From Flavobacteriales bacterium (lineage in GTDB: Bacteria > Bacteroidota > Bacteroidia > Flavobacteriales_D > CAJJDF01), in the NCBI GenBank assembly GCA_018609055.1, contig JABAYJ010000005.1, positions 46,915 to 110,914 of the forward strand: 64,000 nt of DNA, given 5' to 3'. The notes beneath the pieces are model-generated. The model had not been told where the DNA came from, made no database searches, and saw nothing but the letters and a program-made list of their open reading frames with translations. The position numbers and the translations under genes are program-made. Shown piece by piece: positions 1 to 10,467 of the stretch (its first letter is position 1; the number at the start of each line of letters is the position of its first letter).

Positions 1-1
1 C

Positions 2-370
2 AGAACAATGTGTGAAGAAATATTTGGCCCAGTAATTACAATCTTTGTGTATGATGAAGACAAGTTTGAAGAAACATTAGACTTAGTAGATTCTACTTCT
101 GAGTATGCATTGACTGGTTCTATTTTCTCTCAAGATAGATACATGATTGACTTTGCAGCAGAGAAATTGAAAAATGCAGCAGGAAACTTCTATATCAATG
201 ACAAACCAACTGGAGCAGTTGTAGGTCAGCAACCGTTTGGAGGAGCAAGAGGTTCTGGAACAAATGACAAAGCAGGATCAATCTTAAATATGTTGAGATG
301 GGTTTCTCCAAGAACAATTAAGGAAACATTTGTAACTCCTACAGATTACAGATATCCGTTTTTAGGATAA
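2..370 (+). CDS. pruA: L-glutamate gamma-semialdehyde (1-pyrroline-5-carboxylate) dehydrogenase, C-terminal part (truncated by window edge)
   Basis: ALDH motifs EEIFGPV and YALTGSIF, and P5CDH-typical GNFYINDKPTGAVVGQQPFGGARGSGTNDKAG. Confidence 0.92.
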   Translation, partial: RTMCEEIFGPVITIFVYDEDKFEETLDLVDSTSEYALTGSIFSQDRYMIDFAAEKLKNAAGNFYINDKPTGAVVGQQPFGGARGSGTNDKAGSILNMLRWVSPRTIKETFVTPTDYRYPFLG

Positions 371-381
371 CATATAAACTT

Positions 382-413
382 AAAAAGCTCTCTTTTAAGG
401 GAGCTTTTTTTTT
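382..413 (+). terminator. Rho-independent terminator
   Basis: AAAAAGCTCTCTT-TT-AAGGGAGCTTTTT hairpin followed by a T run, just after the pruA stop. Confidence 0.8.
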
Positions 414-423
414 ACCAAAAAAG

Positions 424-1926
424 ATGAAAAAAATATTTTTACTAGGAGCATTATTGTTTGCTATAACAGCCTTAACTAATGCACAAGAATCAAGAACGAC
501 CTTAGTCGAGCGAGTTGAGCTAGACATAAAAGATGAAGCTGTAAGTAACTTTGAGGTTATTAGTTTGGCCGAAAATGGATTGATAAATGTCTATTCTCAA
601 AGAGAATCGAAAGGAAGAAAATGGACTTTTAAGAAAATGGATATCAACTTAACTGAAGTTGCCAAAAAAGAAATTGTAATCGGTAAGAAATATAGATTTG
701 TTTCTTCATACGTTACAAAAACACATTTTCACGCTATGTTTAGAGTGAAAAGTAAGGCATTTAAAATTGTGAGTTTGGAACTGGAGTCAATGAAAATTCA
801 AGATGTTGACAGTGAGTTACCAAAAGCTTTTTTTATGGAAAAGATGGTAGTAATAGGAGAGAATGCTGTGATAGATACCAAAACAAGAAAAGAAGCTTTT
901 TTGACAGTAATTAATTGGAGTACAGGGAAGTCTAAAATAATCCCAATAAATGTTGCTGGAGCAAATGCCAAGAGAATTTTCTTTCAAAATTTTCAGGTAT
1001 TGTCTGATGAATCAGAATTATTTGCTTTTGTTACTGCAAAAGCGGATAAAAAAACGGACACTTACGTAATAAGAGTAGACAGAAAAGGAAATAAAAAGAA
1101 GATTTTTTGCTTGACAGAAAAATATGAGAATGTGATTTCTGATATTTCGGTTTCTAAAATGGAAGACGAAGAGTTTATTTACACAGGAACCTATTCTGAA
1201 AAGAATGCAACCTATTCTAACGGATTGTTTTTTGCAAAATCGATAGGTTCAAGTCTTAAATTTATCGAATCATACAACTTCTTGTCATTAAATAAATTTT
1301 TAGAATACTTGCCTGCAAGAAAGCAAGCTAAAGTTGAAAGAAAGCAAAAGCGTAAAGAAAAAAAAGGGAAGGAAATGAACATAAATTACCTAATTGCCTC
1401 TCATGATATTATTAAAAAAGGAGATAAGTATATTATGCTTGGTGAAGCTTATTACCCAACTTACCGAACTGAAACTAGAACGGATGCTAATGGAAATGTT
1501 ACCTACCGAACAGTATTTGATGGATATCAATATACCCATGCTGTAGTAGCTGGATTTGATAAAGATGGTGGATTAATCTGGGATAATTCCTTCAAGCTTT
1601 TCCCTTCTTACAAACCTTACTTCGTTAAAAGATTTATTTCTGTTTCTGAAGCTAATGAAAAAGAAGTTCAGTTGGTATTTTCTGCTGGAAGATCAATTTA
1701 CTCAAAAACTATAGATAATTTTAATGGAAAGACTATTGATGAAAAAGAGTCGGAAATTATAAGCACTGGAGATGAAGATGATAAATTGACTTGGTCTGCA
1801 TCAGCTGAAACTGATTACTGGTATGAAAGAAATTTCATTACTTATGGATACCAAAAAATTAAGAACAAAAGCGGGGATAAAAAGAGAAAAAGAAAGGTTT
1901 ACTACATTAACAAAATTCAATATTAA
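424..1926 (+). CDS. Exported hypothetical protein, beta-rich
   Basis: 500-aa ORF with Sec signal peptide (MKKIFLLGALLFAITALTNA-QE); no catalytic motif recognised. Confidence 0.75.
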   Translation: MKKIFLLGALLFAITALTNAQESRTTLVERVELDIKDEAVSNFEVISLAENGLINVYSQRESKGRKWTFKKMDINLTEVAKKEIVIGKKYRFVSSYVTKTHFHAMFRVKSKAFKIVSLELESMKIQDVDSELPKAFFMEKMVVIGENAVIDTKTRKEAFLTVINWSTGKSKIIPINVAGANAKRIFFQNFQVLSDESELFAFVTAKADKKTDTYVIRVDRKGNKKKIFCLTEKYENVISDISVSKMEDEEFIYTGTYSEKNATYSNGLFFAKSIGSSLKFIESYNFLSLNKFLEYLPARKQAKVERKQKRKEKKGKEMNINYLIASHDIIKKGDKYIMLGEAYYPTYRTETRTDANGNVTYRTVFDGYQYTHAVVAGFDKDGGLIWDNSFKLFPSYKPYFVKRFISVSEANEKEVQLVFSAGRSIYSKTIDNFNGKTIDEKESEIISTGDEDDKLTWSASAETDYWYERNFITYGYQKIKNKSGDKKRKRKVYYINKIQY

Positions 1927-1944
1927 TTGATTTGAACAAATTTG

Positions 1945-1974
1945 AAAAGCTCCAATACACTTGGAGCTTTTTTT
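1945..1974 (+). terminator. Rho-independent terminator
   Basis: AAAAGCTCCAA-TACAC-TTGGAGCTTTT plus T run. Confidence 0.75.
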
Positions 1975-1989
1975 ATATACTTTTATGGT

Positions 1990-2541
1990 ATGAAAATTTA
2001 CACAAAAACAGGAGACAAAGGAGAAACCTCTTTATTGGGTGGAGCAAGAGTTCCTAAATTCCATTTACGAATAGAAGCTTACGGAACGGTAGACGAATTA
2101 AACTCTCATTTGGGATTAATTCGCGACCAAGAAATGGAGAAAGAAACAAAAGATTTTTTAATCCAAATACAAGATAATTTATTTGTGCTGGGATCTAACC
2201 TTGCTAAAGAACCAGGGAAGGATAAAGTAAAAATTCCTTCTATTTCGGAGACTGAAATTGAAGAGTTGGAACATAAAATGGATGAAATGAATGAGACTTT
2301 ACCCGACATGAAGTTTTTTGTTTTGCCAGGAGGACACCCAACAGTTTCTATGTGTCACATTGCTAGATGTGTGTGCAGAAGAGCTGAAAGAATATCTGTT
2401 CACCTAGCTATGGAAAGCGAAGTAGATGCAGTTATTACTAAATACCTAAATAGATTATCTGACTACCTGTTCGTATTGAGCCGTAAATTTACTCAAGATT
2501 TAAATGCTGAAGAAATTCCTTGGATTCCCAAGAAAGATTAA
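1990..2541 (+). CDS. PduO-type cob(I)alamin / cob(I)yrinic acid a,c-diamide adenosyltransferase
   Basis: MKIYTKTGDKGET, AYGTVDELNS, ARCVCRRAER, YLNRLSDYLF; true start is likely ATG 1990 because the longer ORF start runs through the terminator. Confidence 0.92.
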   Translation: MKIYTKTGDKGETSLLGGARVPKFHLRIEAYGTVDELNSHLGLIRDQEMEKETKDFLIQIQDNLFVLGSNLAKEPGKDKVKIPSISETEIEELEHKMDEMNETLPDMKFFVLPGGHPTVSMCHIARCVCRRAERISVHLAMESEVDAVITKYLNRLSDYLFVLSRKFTQDLNAEEIPWIPKKD

Positions 2542-2666
2542 TCTCCTCCATTTAACATACTTTATAACCCTTTAACAGAATTTATGTTTGAGGGTTTTCT
2601 TTTTGTATTAAATTTGACTAACAATGTAACTTTTTGATCAATTAGAAGTTATAGCTAAAAGAAACT

Positions 2667-5189
2667 ATGAAATCCCTACTCATATTTATTTTCATGTGTG
2701 TTCAGTTTTCGATTCATTCGCAATCGATTTCAGGATTTGTAATGGATGAAAATAATTCGCCAGTTCCTTTTGCTAATTTATATATTAAGTCTAACGCTCT
2801 TGGTACGTCTACAGATGTCAATGGGAAGTACTTTTACCAATTTACCAATCAAGGAATTTATACTGTTGTAGTAACTGCTGTGGGGTTTAAAACACAAGAG
2901 TTTACTGTTACACTTGAGGATAACAGTGAAATTGTGAAAAACGTATGGTTAGTTACAGATGTTAAACAACTAGAGGAGCTCCAAGTAAATAGTAAGGGAA
3001 GAGATCCAGCTTATGGCATTATTAATAAAGCTATAGACAGGAAAGAAAGATGGAATACTCAAGTAAAATCGAGTAAATGTGAGGTTTATATTAAGGCCAA
3101 AGAGATAATTGGTGCGAAAGAAAAAAGCAAACGAGATAAAGTAAAAGAGCGTTTAGAAAATCAAAAGAAAAGCGAAGAGGCAGCTAAAGAAAAAACTGAT
3201 GAAGAATTATTAGATGAGGCTACTCGTAATAAGAAAAGAGAAATTAGCAGACTTGCTAGCAGCATAAATATGATGGAGGTGAAAATGGAACGTCACTACC
3301 AATATCCAGATAAAGTAAAAGAGATAAGAACAGCATATAAGGAATACGGAAGTACTTTTGGATTGTTCTTTAAAAACACCTTTCAAAGTGATTTTAATTT
3401 CTACGATAACTTAATGAATTTGTATAAGTTGAATGAAGTTCCATTGGTTTCTCCACTTAACAATCTATCGGTTCTTACTTATAAATTTAAGCTTATAGAA
3501 ACCACTTTTGACGAGGGCGTAATGGTATGGGAAATCGAAGTTACTCCAAGAAAAAAAGGAAACGCAACCTACGAAGGTTTTATCTGGATAAGGGATAACT
3601 CTTTTAATATTGATAAAGTAGATTTATCAATTACTGGTAATGGACTTAAGAAATATAGAAAATTCAGAATTCAACAAGATTATTTTTTTGATGCAGACTC
3701 TAACTTGCTGTTAGAGAAGCAAGTTTTTGATTATGAAGAGAAAACTGGTGGGCAAAAGTTCATAGGAAAAACACTTGTTACTTATTCTAATTATGAATTG
3801 AATCCTGTTTTTCCTAAGAGGTATTTTTCCAATGAAGTAGGTGTTACAACTGCCGAAGCGTACGAAAGAGACTCAAGTTATTGGGACGAGCTAAGGCCAG
3901 AACCATTAACCAAAGAAGAACAAAGATTTCAGTTTGTAAAGGACAGTATTTACGAGTTTGTGAATTCGCCTGCTTATCTGGATTCTGTAGATTCTGTGTA
4001 TAATAAAGTTACATTACTAAATGTTGTTTGGGATGGTGTAGGATTTAGGAATCGTACAAAAAAACAATCTTGGCGTTTTGGTTCTTTACCCGAATTAATT
4101 TCTTTTGATCCTATTAATTTTTTAAGGTTAGGCCCTGGAGTATCTTATTTCAGAAGATTCGAAAATGAAAAAACAATTAATGTTTCAGGAGGACTAAGTA
4201 TTGGTTTACTTAATAATGACTGGAAAGGAAACTTTAGGATTGGAACAAAATATGACCCTATACACCTTGGTAGAGTTGATTTATACGTAGGAAAACGATT
4301 CGATTTATTAGTGTTTGATGACGCACTATTTAATAAGTTTCAAAGAAACAACTGGATTGAAACTGGTTATTTAGTAGCTAGAACATCTCGTGAATTATTT
4401 AATGGATTTTATTCTTCACTTTGGTATAGCTATGATGACAGATCATCTATTGATAGTTATAATTTTACTCCAATTTTCGATTCAATTTTTCCAGGACAAG
4501 TTAATGCTGCAGCATCATTTGATGGCTATAAATCTTCTCGTCTTGGAATTTCATTCTCTTTTACCCCGTTCCAAAAGTACATGATGGAACCTAAGCGTAA
4601 AGTAGTATTAGGGAGTGTTTGGCCAGAGTTTTCAGTTAGTTATGAGAAAGGAGTAAAAGGTCTTTTTGGTAGTGCAATTGATTACGATTACTTAAGTTTC
4701 TCTATTCTTCATTCATTTAATGTAAGGACTTTAGGAACTTCTTCTTATAGATTTGAAGCAGGTAAATTTTTAACCAAAAATGAGTTAAAAAGAGAAGATA
4801 ATAAGATTTTTGGAAGAAGTGATCAGTGGTTTTTCGCCTCTTTTCTAACATCTATGCAATTGCAGGATACTACTTTGAACGTTACTGATAGTTACTTGAA
4901 ACTAAATTATATTCACCATTTTAATGGGGCAATTATAAATTACGTTCCTCTGGTAAAAAAACTAGGAATTCATACTGTGGCTGGAGTTAGTGGAATTATG
5001 ATTCCTCAATACAATTACCAATATGCCGAAGTATTTGTAGGAATCGAACGTTCTTTCCGATTATCTAGAACACGATTTAGATTAGGAGTTTATGGAGTAG
5101 AAGCACGTTCGAGCTTAAATAAAATTGACCCAAAAATTAAATTTGGAATCAATTTCTATAGCTTCAGAAATGACGATTGGGGATATTAA
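2667..5189 (+). CDS. Outer-membrane protein with N-terminal CarboxypepD_reg-like domain and DUF5686-like barrel
   Basis: Signal peptide; [17 protein letters not shown]...[10 protein letters not shown]; [15 protein letters not shown]; HHFNG near the C-terminus. Confidence 0.8.
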   Translation: MKSLLIFIFMCVQFSIHSQSISGFVMDENNSPVPFANLYIKSNALGTSTDVNGKYFYQFTNQGIYTVVVTAVGFKTQEFTVTLEDNSEIVKNVWLVTDVKQLEELQVNSKGRDPAYGIINKAIDRKERWNTQVKSSKCEVYIKAKEIIGAKEKSKRDKVKERLENQKKSEEAAKEKTDEELLDEATRNKKREISRLASSINMMEVKMERHYQYPDKVKEIRTAYKEYGSTFGLFFKNTFQSDFNFYDNLMNLYKLNEVPLVSPLNNLSVLTYKFKLIETTFDEGVMVWEIEVTPRKKGNATYEGFIWIRDNSFNIDKVDLSITGNGLKKYRKFRIQQDYFFDADSNLLLEKQVFDYEEKTGGQKFIGKTLVTYSNYELNPVFPKRYFSNEVGVTTAEAYERDSSYWDELRPEPLTKEEQRFQFVKDSIYEFVNSPAYLDSVDSVYNKVTLLNVVWDGVGFRNRTKKQSWRFGSLPELISFDPINFLRLGPGVSYFRRFENEKTINVSGGLSIGLLNNDWKGNFRIGTKYDPIHLGRVDLYVGKRFDLLVFDDALFNKFQRNNWIETGYLVARTSRELFNGFYSSLWYSYDDRSSIDSYNFTPIFDSIFPGQVNAAASFDGYKSSRLGISFSFTPFQKYMMEPKRKVVLGSVWPEFSVSYEKGVKGLFGSAIDYDYLSFSILHSFNVRTLGTSSYRFEAGKFLTKNELKREDNKIFGRSDQWFFASFLTSMQLQDTTLNVTDSYLKLNYIHHFNGAIINYVPLVKKLGIHTVAGVSGIMIPQYNYQYAEVFVGIERSFRLSRTRFRLGVYGVEARSSLNKIDPKIKFGINFYSFRNDDWGY

Positions 5190-6187
5190 TTTTCCTTTAT
5201 AAACTCATGAATGGTATCCACCATATTGCTAGATCCAACAATAAAAGGAACTCTTTGGTGAAGTTCAGTTGGTTTTAATTCCATTATTCTTTTTTCGCCA
5301 TCAGTAGCTTTTCCACCAGCTTGTTCTATAATAAAAGCAAGAGGATTACATTCGTAAAGTAACCTTAGTTTTCCTTTAGGAGATTCATCTGTACTGGGAT
5401 AAACGTAAACACCTCCTTTCAATAAATTCCTATGAAAATCAGCAACTAACGAACCAATATAGCGAGCTGTGTAAGGCCTATTTGTTGCTTTATCAATTCC
5501 TTTGGTGTAATCGATATAGTTTCTTAATCCTTGCGAAGTTCTGTTGTAATTCCCTTCGTTCATAGAGAATATCTTTCCGTCTTTGCTTGTTTGCATATCA
5601 GGATGCGATAAATAAAATGTTCCTAAAGATGAATCGTAAGTGAATCCATTAGTTCCATTTCCAGTAGTGTAAATTAGCATAGTAGAAGATCCGTACAAAA
5701 CGTAACCACCTGCTACTTGCTCAGTTCCTGGTTGTAAAAAATCTTCTAAAACTACAGGAGTTCCAGCTGGAGAAATTCTTCGGTAAACCGAAAAAATTGT
5801 TCCTACCGATACATTCACATCAATGTTAGATGAACCATCCAAAGGATCCATAGCTACCACATAATTTCCATTCATTGATTCTCCATCAAAAGCTACAAAG
5901 TCGTCATCTTCTTCAGAAGTAATTCCACAAACAATCTCTCTGTTTTTAAGTGCTTTAATGAATACATCATTGGCATATAAATCCAATTTTTGCTGTTCCT
6001 CTCCTTGAATATTTTCGGTACCTACGGCTCCCAAAATATGTTCAGCAAGTCCTGCTTTATTTAATTCATGATGCACAATTTTAGATGCCAATCTGATAGA
6101 GCTTAAAATACTAGATAGCTCACCAGTAGCATATTTAAAATCATACTGCTTTTCTATAATAAACTCGCCAAGGGTAACTGATTTCAT
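5186..6187 (-). CDS. fbp: Class 1 fructose-1,6-bisphosphatase
   Basis: [51 protein letters not shown]. Confidence 0.97.
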   Translation of the reverse strand: MKSVTLGEFIIEKQYDFKYATGELSSILSSIRLASKIVHHELNKAGLAEHILGAVGTENIQGEEQQKLDLYANDVFIKALKNREIVCGITSEEDDDFVAFDGESMNGNYVVAMDPLDGSSNIDVNVSVGTIFSVYRRISPAGTPVVLEDFLQPGTEQVAGGYVLYGSSTMLIYTTGNGTNGFTYDSSLGTFYLSHPDMQTSKDGKIFSMNEGNYNRTSQGLRNYIDYTKGIDKATNRPYTARYIGSLVADFHRNLLKGGVYVYPSTDESPKGKLRLLYECNPLAFIIEQAGGKATDGEKRIMELKPTELHQRVPFIVGSSNMVDTIHEFIKEN

Positions 6188-6326
6188 TTGGATTAAATTT
6201 TAAATCTGGGTAAAAATACGGTTATTAAATGATTGTAAAAAATATACCCCGTTAGATTTTACTTTGTCTTAGGGTTTCGGTAATTTTATGAATAATGCAA
6301 TACTAAATTAAATATATAAGTAGCAA

Positions 6327-7700
6327 ATGTCAGACGTAAAAAAGTACATAGAAGAACACAAGGATAGATTCATAGATGAGATAGTAGATTTATTAAAAAT
6401 ACCTTCGGTAAGTGCTGATCCAGCTTATGATGCTGAGGTGAAAAGATGCGCAGAGCATGTGAAACAAAGTTTGTTAAGTGCAGGAGTAGATTTTGCAGAA
6501 ATTTGCGAAACAGAAGGTCATCCAATTGTGTATGGAGAAAAAATGATTGATCCATCTTTGCCTACTGTTTTGGTTTATGGACATTATGATGTACAACCGC
6601 CAGACCCAATTGAATTATGGACAAGCCCACCATTTGAACCAGTAATAAAAGACGGATACATTTATGCAAGAGGTTCTGCAGATGATAAAGGACAATTTTA
6701 CATGCATGTGAAAGCTTTTGAACACATGATAAAGACAAACTCTTTGCCATGTAATGCAAAGTTTATGATTGAAGGAGAAGAAGAAGTAGGGTCTAAAAAC
6801 TTAGGAATATTTGTAAAAGCAAACAAAGAAAAATTAAAAGCTGATACGATTGTTATTTCTGATACTTCTATGATTTCTAACGATTGCCCATCTATTGCAG
6901 TTGGATTAAGAGGTTTGAGTTATATGGAGGTTGAAGTAACTGGGCCAAACAGAGATTTACACTCAGGTTTATACGGAGGTGCAGTTGGGAATCCAATCAA
7001 TATTTTGTGTAATATGATTGCATCTTTAACAGATGAAAACAACCACATTACTGTAAAAGGATTTTATGACAATGTAGAAGTAGTTTCTGACGAAGACAGA
7101 GCAGAAATGGCGAAAGCACCATTTAATCAAGACGATTACAACAAGGAATTGAACATAAAAGAAGGATTTGGAGAAAAAGGATACTCTACAAACGAAAGAA
7201 CATCTATTCGTCCAACTTTGGATGTAAACGGAATATGGGGAGGATATATTGGAGAAGGAGCTAAAACTGTATTGCCTTCAAAAGCTTATGCAAAAATCTC
7301 AATGAGATTAGTGCCAGGACAAAGTTCTGATGAGATTACAGAGAAATTTCAAGCACATTTTGAATCCATTGCGCCAGATGCAGTGAGAGTAAAAGTAACG
7401 CCACATCACGGAGGAGAACCATTTTTGATTCCTACTGATTTTCCAGCTTACCAAGCAGCAAGCCAAGCAATGGAAACTACTTTTGGAGTAAAACCAATTC
7501 CAGTTCGTGGAGGAGGAAGTATTCCAATTACATCAATGTTTGAGGAAGAATTAGGACTTAAATCAGTTCTTATGGGGTTTGGATTGGCAACTGATGACAT
7601 TCACTCACCAGATGAGCATTATGGTATTTTTAATTACCTAAAAGGAATTGAAACGATCCCTTATTTCTACAAGTATTTTACTGAAGGATTTGGTAAGTAA
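6327..7700 (+). CDS. M20 family dipeptidase
   Basis: YGHYDVQP, ARGSADDKGQ, EGEEEVGS, DLHSG, GGSIP, HSPDEH. Confidence 0.92.
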   Translation: MSDVKKYIEEHKDRFIDEIVDLLKIPSVSADPAYDAEVKRCAEHVKQSLLSAGVDFAEICETEGHPIVYGEKMIDPSLPTVLVYGHYDVQPPDPIELWTSPPFEPVIKDGYIYARGSADDKGQFYMHVKAFEHMIKTNSLPCNAKFMIEGEEEVGSKNLGIFVKANKEKLKADTIVISDTSMISNDCPSIAVGLRGLSYMEVEVTGPNRDLHSGLYGGAVGNPINILCNMIASLTDENNHITVKGFYDNVEVVSDEDRAEMAKAPFNQDDYNKELNIKEGFGEKGYSTNERTSIRPTLDVNGIWGGYIGEGAKTVLPSKAYAKISMRLVPGQSSDEITEKFQAHFESIAPDAVRVKVTPHHGGEPFLIPTDFPAYQAASQAMETTFGVKPIPVRGGGSIPITSMFEEELGLKSVLMGFGLATDDIHSPDEHYGIFNYLKGIETIPYFYKYFTEGFGK

Positions 7701-7722
7701 TTGAATTATATTTTTTGGTAAC

Positions 7723-7760
7723 AAAAAAAAGCAGAGTTAGAAATTTCTAACTCTGCTTTT
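7723..7760. terminator. Bidirectional Rho-independent terminator
   Basis: AAAAGCAGAGTTAGAAA/TTTCTAACTCTGCTTTT inverted repeat between convergent genes. Confidence 0.85.
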
Positions 7761-7790
7761 CGTTTTTCTGCTTATTAACCCATTATTAAT

Positions 7791-8527
7791 TTACAGAAAC
7801 TCTACTTTTCCACTGTCCATATCGTAAACAGCACCAACTATTTTTATTTCTCCGTTATCCTCCATTTCTTTTAGGATTGGGCTTTGTTTCCTTATCTCAT
7901 TTATGGTTTTTTTCACGTTACTTTCGCAAGCCATATGAACGAACTCTTCGTTTTTAGATGTCTTGTCTCCTTCATATTCTAATGAAAGAACCGCAGGTCT
8001 TATTTTAGCAAGCATAGGTGTAATATTTCCTAACTTAACATTATCTACAGCTGCTTTTACGGCACCACAATGTTCGTGACCCATTACTAATATTACTTTA
8101 GATCCAGATACTTTACAGGCAAACTCCATGCTTCCAAGTATGTCTTCGTTTACAAAGTTACCTGCAACACGTGCTACAAAGATATCCCCAATCCCTCTGT
8201 CGAATACATCTTCTACTGGTACTCGGCTATCTACACAGAGAGTACAATTGCTTTTGGGAATTGAGATAACGTACTGTTTCTTACTTGGGCAGAATGGTCA
8301 CGAGCTGTTAAATCATTATTTAAGAACCTTTCGTTACCATCTTTAAATGAGGTGATTACTGCATCTGGAGTTAGAGCATCTTGCTGTTCCTTGGTTAGTA
8401 CTTCTTGTACCAATCCCTTAATTTCTTCTTTTGTTTCAACTTCAGCTATTTTTACTGGAGTTTCCGAAGGCGAATTGCAACTCATCATAAAAGTTGCTAA
8501 GCCAATTACTGTGATTATTGTTTTCAT
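7791..8527 (-). pseudogene. Beta-class carbonic anhydrase lipoprotein, split by a 1-nt frameshift at about 8237
   Basis: Upstream part has lipobox-like FMMSC and GNERF. Adding one T restores [29 protein letters not shown], in frame with GHEHCGAV...GAVYDMDSGKVEFL, giving the CxDSR and HxxC Zn ligands. Confidence 0.88.
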
Positions 8528-8546
8528 GTTTTTTATTTTTTTAAGT

Positions 8547-9197
8547 TTAAAAATTTATTATTCCTATTATATTAATTTGATCTCTTGACCCTTTATTAAA
8601 TAATTGATTCATGTAACCTAGTTCTATTCTGAAGTCTTTGTTTATAGCGTATCCAAGACCAGCATAAACTCTATTTCTGTCGTACAGATTTTCTTTACTT
8701 TGAATAAACACCTCGTTATATGCTGATAAGTAGAAGGTGTTTTTTTCAATTTTTGGTTTTGATAAGGCTACGTTTACAGATATGAAATATCTAAACCTTA
8801 GCTTAAAATCATTTTCCAAAAATCTTTGTTCAAATCGGTATCTATGTTGAAGACTAACTCTATTAAATGATTGACGTGTAATAAATTGTTGAAATATTCT
8901 GTGTTCGTTATTTCCCACTTTTTGATCAGTTGAAACATAATTTTCACTTCTTATAAATCCGTATCCTAAAAGTATATTGTTGTTGTTAGGACTCAAGTTG
9001 AAGCCAATTCCAGTTCTCAACAGCAGTTGCTCCATATTACCAACTACATTATAGTTTCTGTATTGAACCTCATTATGTATGTTCCAGTTAGAATTTAGTT
9101 TTTTGTTCCCTAAATACATAAACCAGTTACCAAGGTTACTTTCTTGACTAAAACCTATAACAGGTATAAGTCCGAGTATCAATATTAATTTTTTCAT
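8547..9197 (-). CDS. DUF2490-like outer-membrane beta-barrel protein
   Basis: Signal peptide; EVQYR, EHRIFQQF, HRYRFEQRF, RFRY, NEVF, RNRVYAGLGY; C-terminal Phe; likely start ATG 9197. Confidence 0.82.
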   Translation of the reverse strand: MKKLILILGLIPVIGFSQESNLGNWFMYLGNKKLNSNWNIHNEVQYRNYNVVGNMEQLLLRTGIGFNLSPNNNNILLGYGFIRSENYVSTDQKVGNNEHRIFQQFITRQSFNRVSLQHRYRFEQRFLENDFKLRFRYFISVNVALSKPKIEKNTFYLSAYNEVFIQSKENLYDRNRVYAGLGYAINKDFRIELGYMNQLFNKGSRDQINIIGIINF

Positions 9198-9226
9198 ACA
9201 CAATGATACAACAAATATTTTTATAA

Positions 9227-9243
9227 TGATAGTATTACTATCA
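9227..9243. promoter_or_regulatory. Perfect 8-1-8 palindrome, candidate operator
   Basis: TGATAGTA-T-TACTATCA, about 30 nt upstream of the DUF2490 start. Confidence 0.5.
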
Positions 9244-9492
9244 CAAAAAGATGTAATACAATTTGTAAGTCGTTTTTTCTGTTTATTCTCCTAATGATAA
9301 ATGATCTGATTTAATAATAAAAGATGTAATTCGGCAATTATTTACTTTTTTTTTGATATATAAAAAAGTTAATTTTTGAATTGAGGATGAAAAAGTAACA
9401 AACTTTAAAACCAGTTCTCAAAAAAAAGGTTGTTTTTAAAACAAGATAAAACAGTATCTTTATCTCAATAATAATTTAAGAGATATTCGAAA

Positions 9493-10467
9493 ATGAACAA
9501 AAAATTTCCTCAAACTTTATTAGTAACAGTATTAATTAATAATAGGAAAAAGATTGTTTTTATTTCTATTTTGTGCTCAACTATAGCAGTTGGAATCACT
9601 TTTTTTATTCCAAAAAAATACTATGCGGAGGGAATAGTTTACCCAACAAATTCCAATTCTATAAAAGAAGTGGTTAATAATTCTGTTTTTGGTCACGAAT
9701 ACCAAACTGACAGATTAATTCAGTTATTTGAATCACAACAAATGAAGCAAAAGCTTTTGAAGAAGTTTAACTTAATTGACTACTATGGATTGGATACCAA
9801 CAGGAAAGACTGGAGGTTTAATTTGAATAAAAGATATGCTAATGACATATCTTTTAGAAGATCAAAATACATGGCTGTTAAAGTATCAGTTAATAGTTCT
9901 TCTCCAACTATGTCTGCTAATATGGTTAATTGTATGTTGAGTTATATTGACACTATTAGAAAGGATATTTTATTCGGTAATATTTATGCACTAAAAGATA
10001 ATTTAACTTCTAAAGTTACTACTAGACAGCAAGTAGTGGATAGTTTGTTAGGGTTAATTTCTGGAGAAAAAAGGATAGTTGAACCAAATCTTTTAGGAAA
10101 AAAATTAGTTTCTAAACTAGAGGAAAATAGGAGAAAGGGAGATGTTAGTTATGGTAATGACATCATTATTAAAGCAGCTAAAAATAATTACACGCTTCAA
10201 AATGCCAAGACTATAAATGAGTATTATACCCAGCTATCTGTATTCTCTAACCTGAAGAAAGATTTAATCGGGATTAACGAAAAAATTAGCATGCCTTTTC
10301 CTAAAGTGTATATAATATCCTCTGCTATTCCAGATTTTAAAAAATCCTCTCCCTCTTTCTTCCTGAATGCTATCATAGGATTGTTATTGGGATTGTTTGG
10401 TTCAATAACGTATTTTATTTTAAGCAGTAGCCTTAAAGAAATATCTAAGGAATTAAATGATGATTGA
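9493..10467 (+). CDS. Wzz-like polysaccharide co-polymerase / chain-length determinant
   Basis: N-terminal TM plus PKKYYAEG, coiled-coil periplasmic region, C-terminal PDFKKSSP then TM (AIIGLLLGLFG); no kinase domain. Confidence 0.7.
   Translation: MNKKFPQTLLVTVLINNRKKIVFISILCSTIAVGITFFIPKKYYAEGIVYPTNSNSIKEVVNNSVFGHEYQTDRLIQLFESQQMKQKLLKKFNLIDYYGLDTNRKDWRFNLNKRYANDISFRRSKYMAVKVSVNSSSPTMSANMVNCMLSYIDTIRKDILFGNIYALKDNLTSKVTTRQQVVDSLLGLISGEKRIVEPNLLGKKLVSKLEENRRKGDVSYGNDIIIKAAKNNYTLQNAKTINEYYTQLSVFSNLKKDLIGINEKISMPFPKVYIISSAIPDFKKSSPSFFLNAIIGLLLGLFGSITYFILSSSLKEISKELNDD

Noticed and set aside
1990-2541. Cobalamin adenosyltransferase as part of the B12-radical SAM system
   Set aside because: PduO makes adenosylcobalamin, whereas class B rSAM methylases cycle methylcobalamin. 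The gene is also separated from locus A by unrelated genes.
8128-8588. Plus-strand ORFs 8128-8346 and 8352-8588
   Set aside because: Antisense shadows of the frameshifted carbonic anhydrase.
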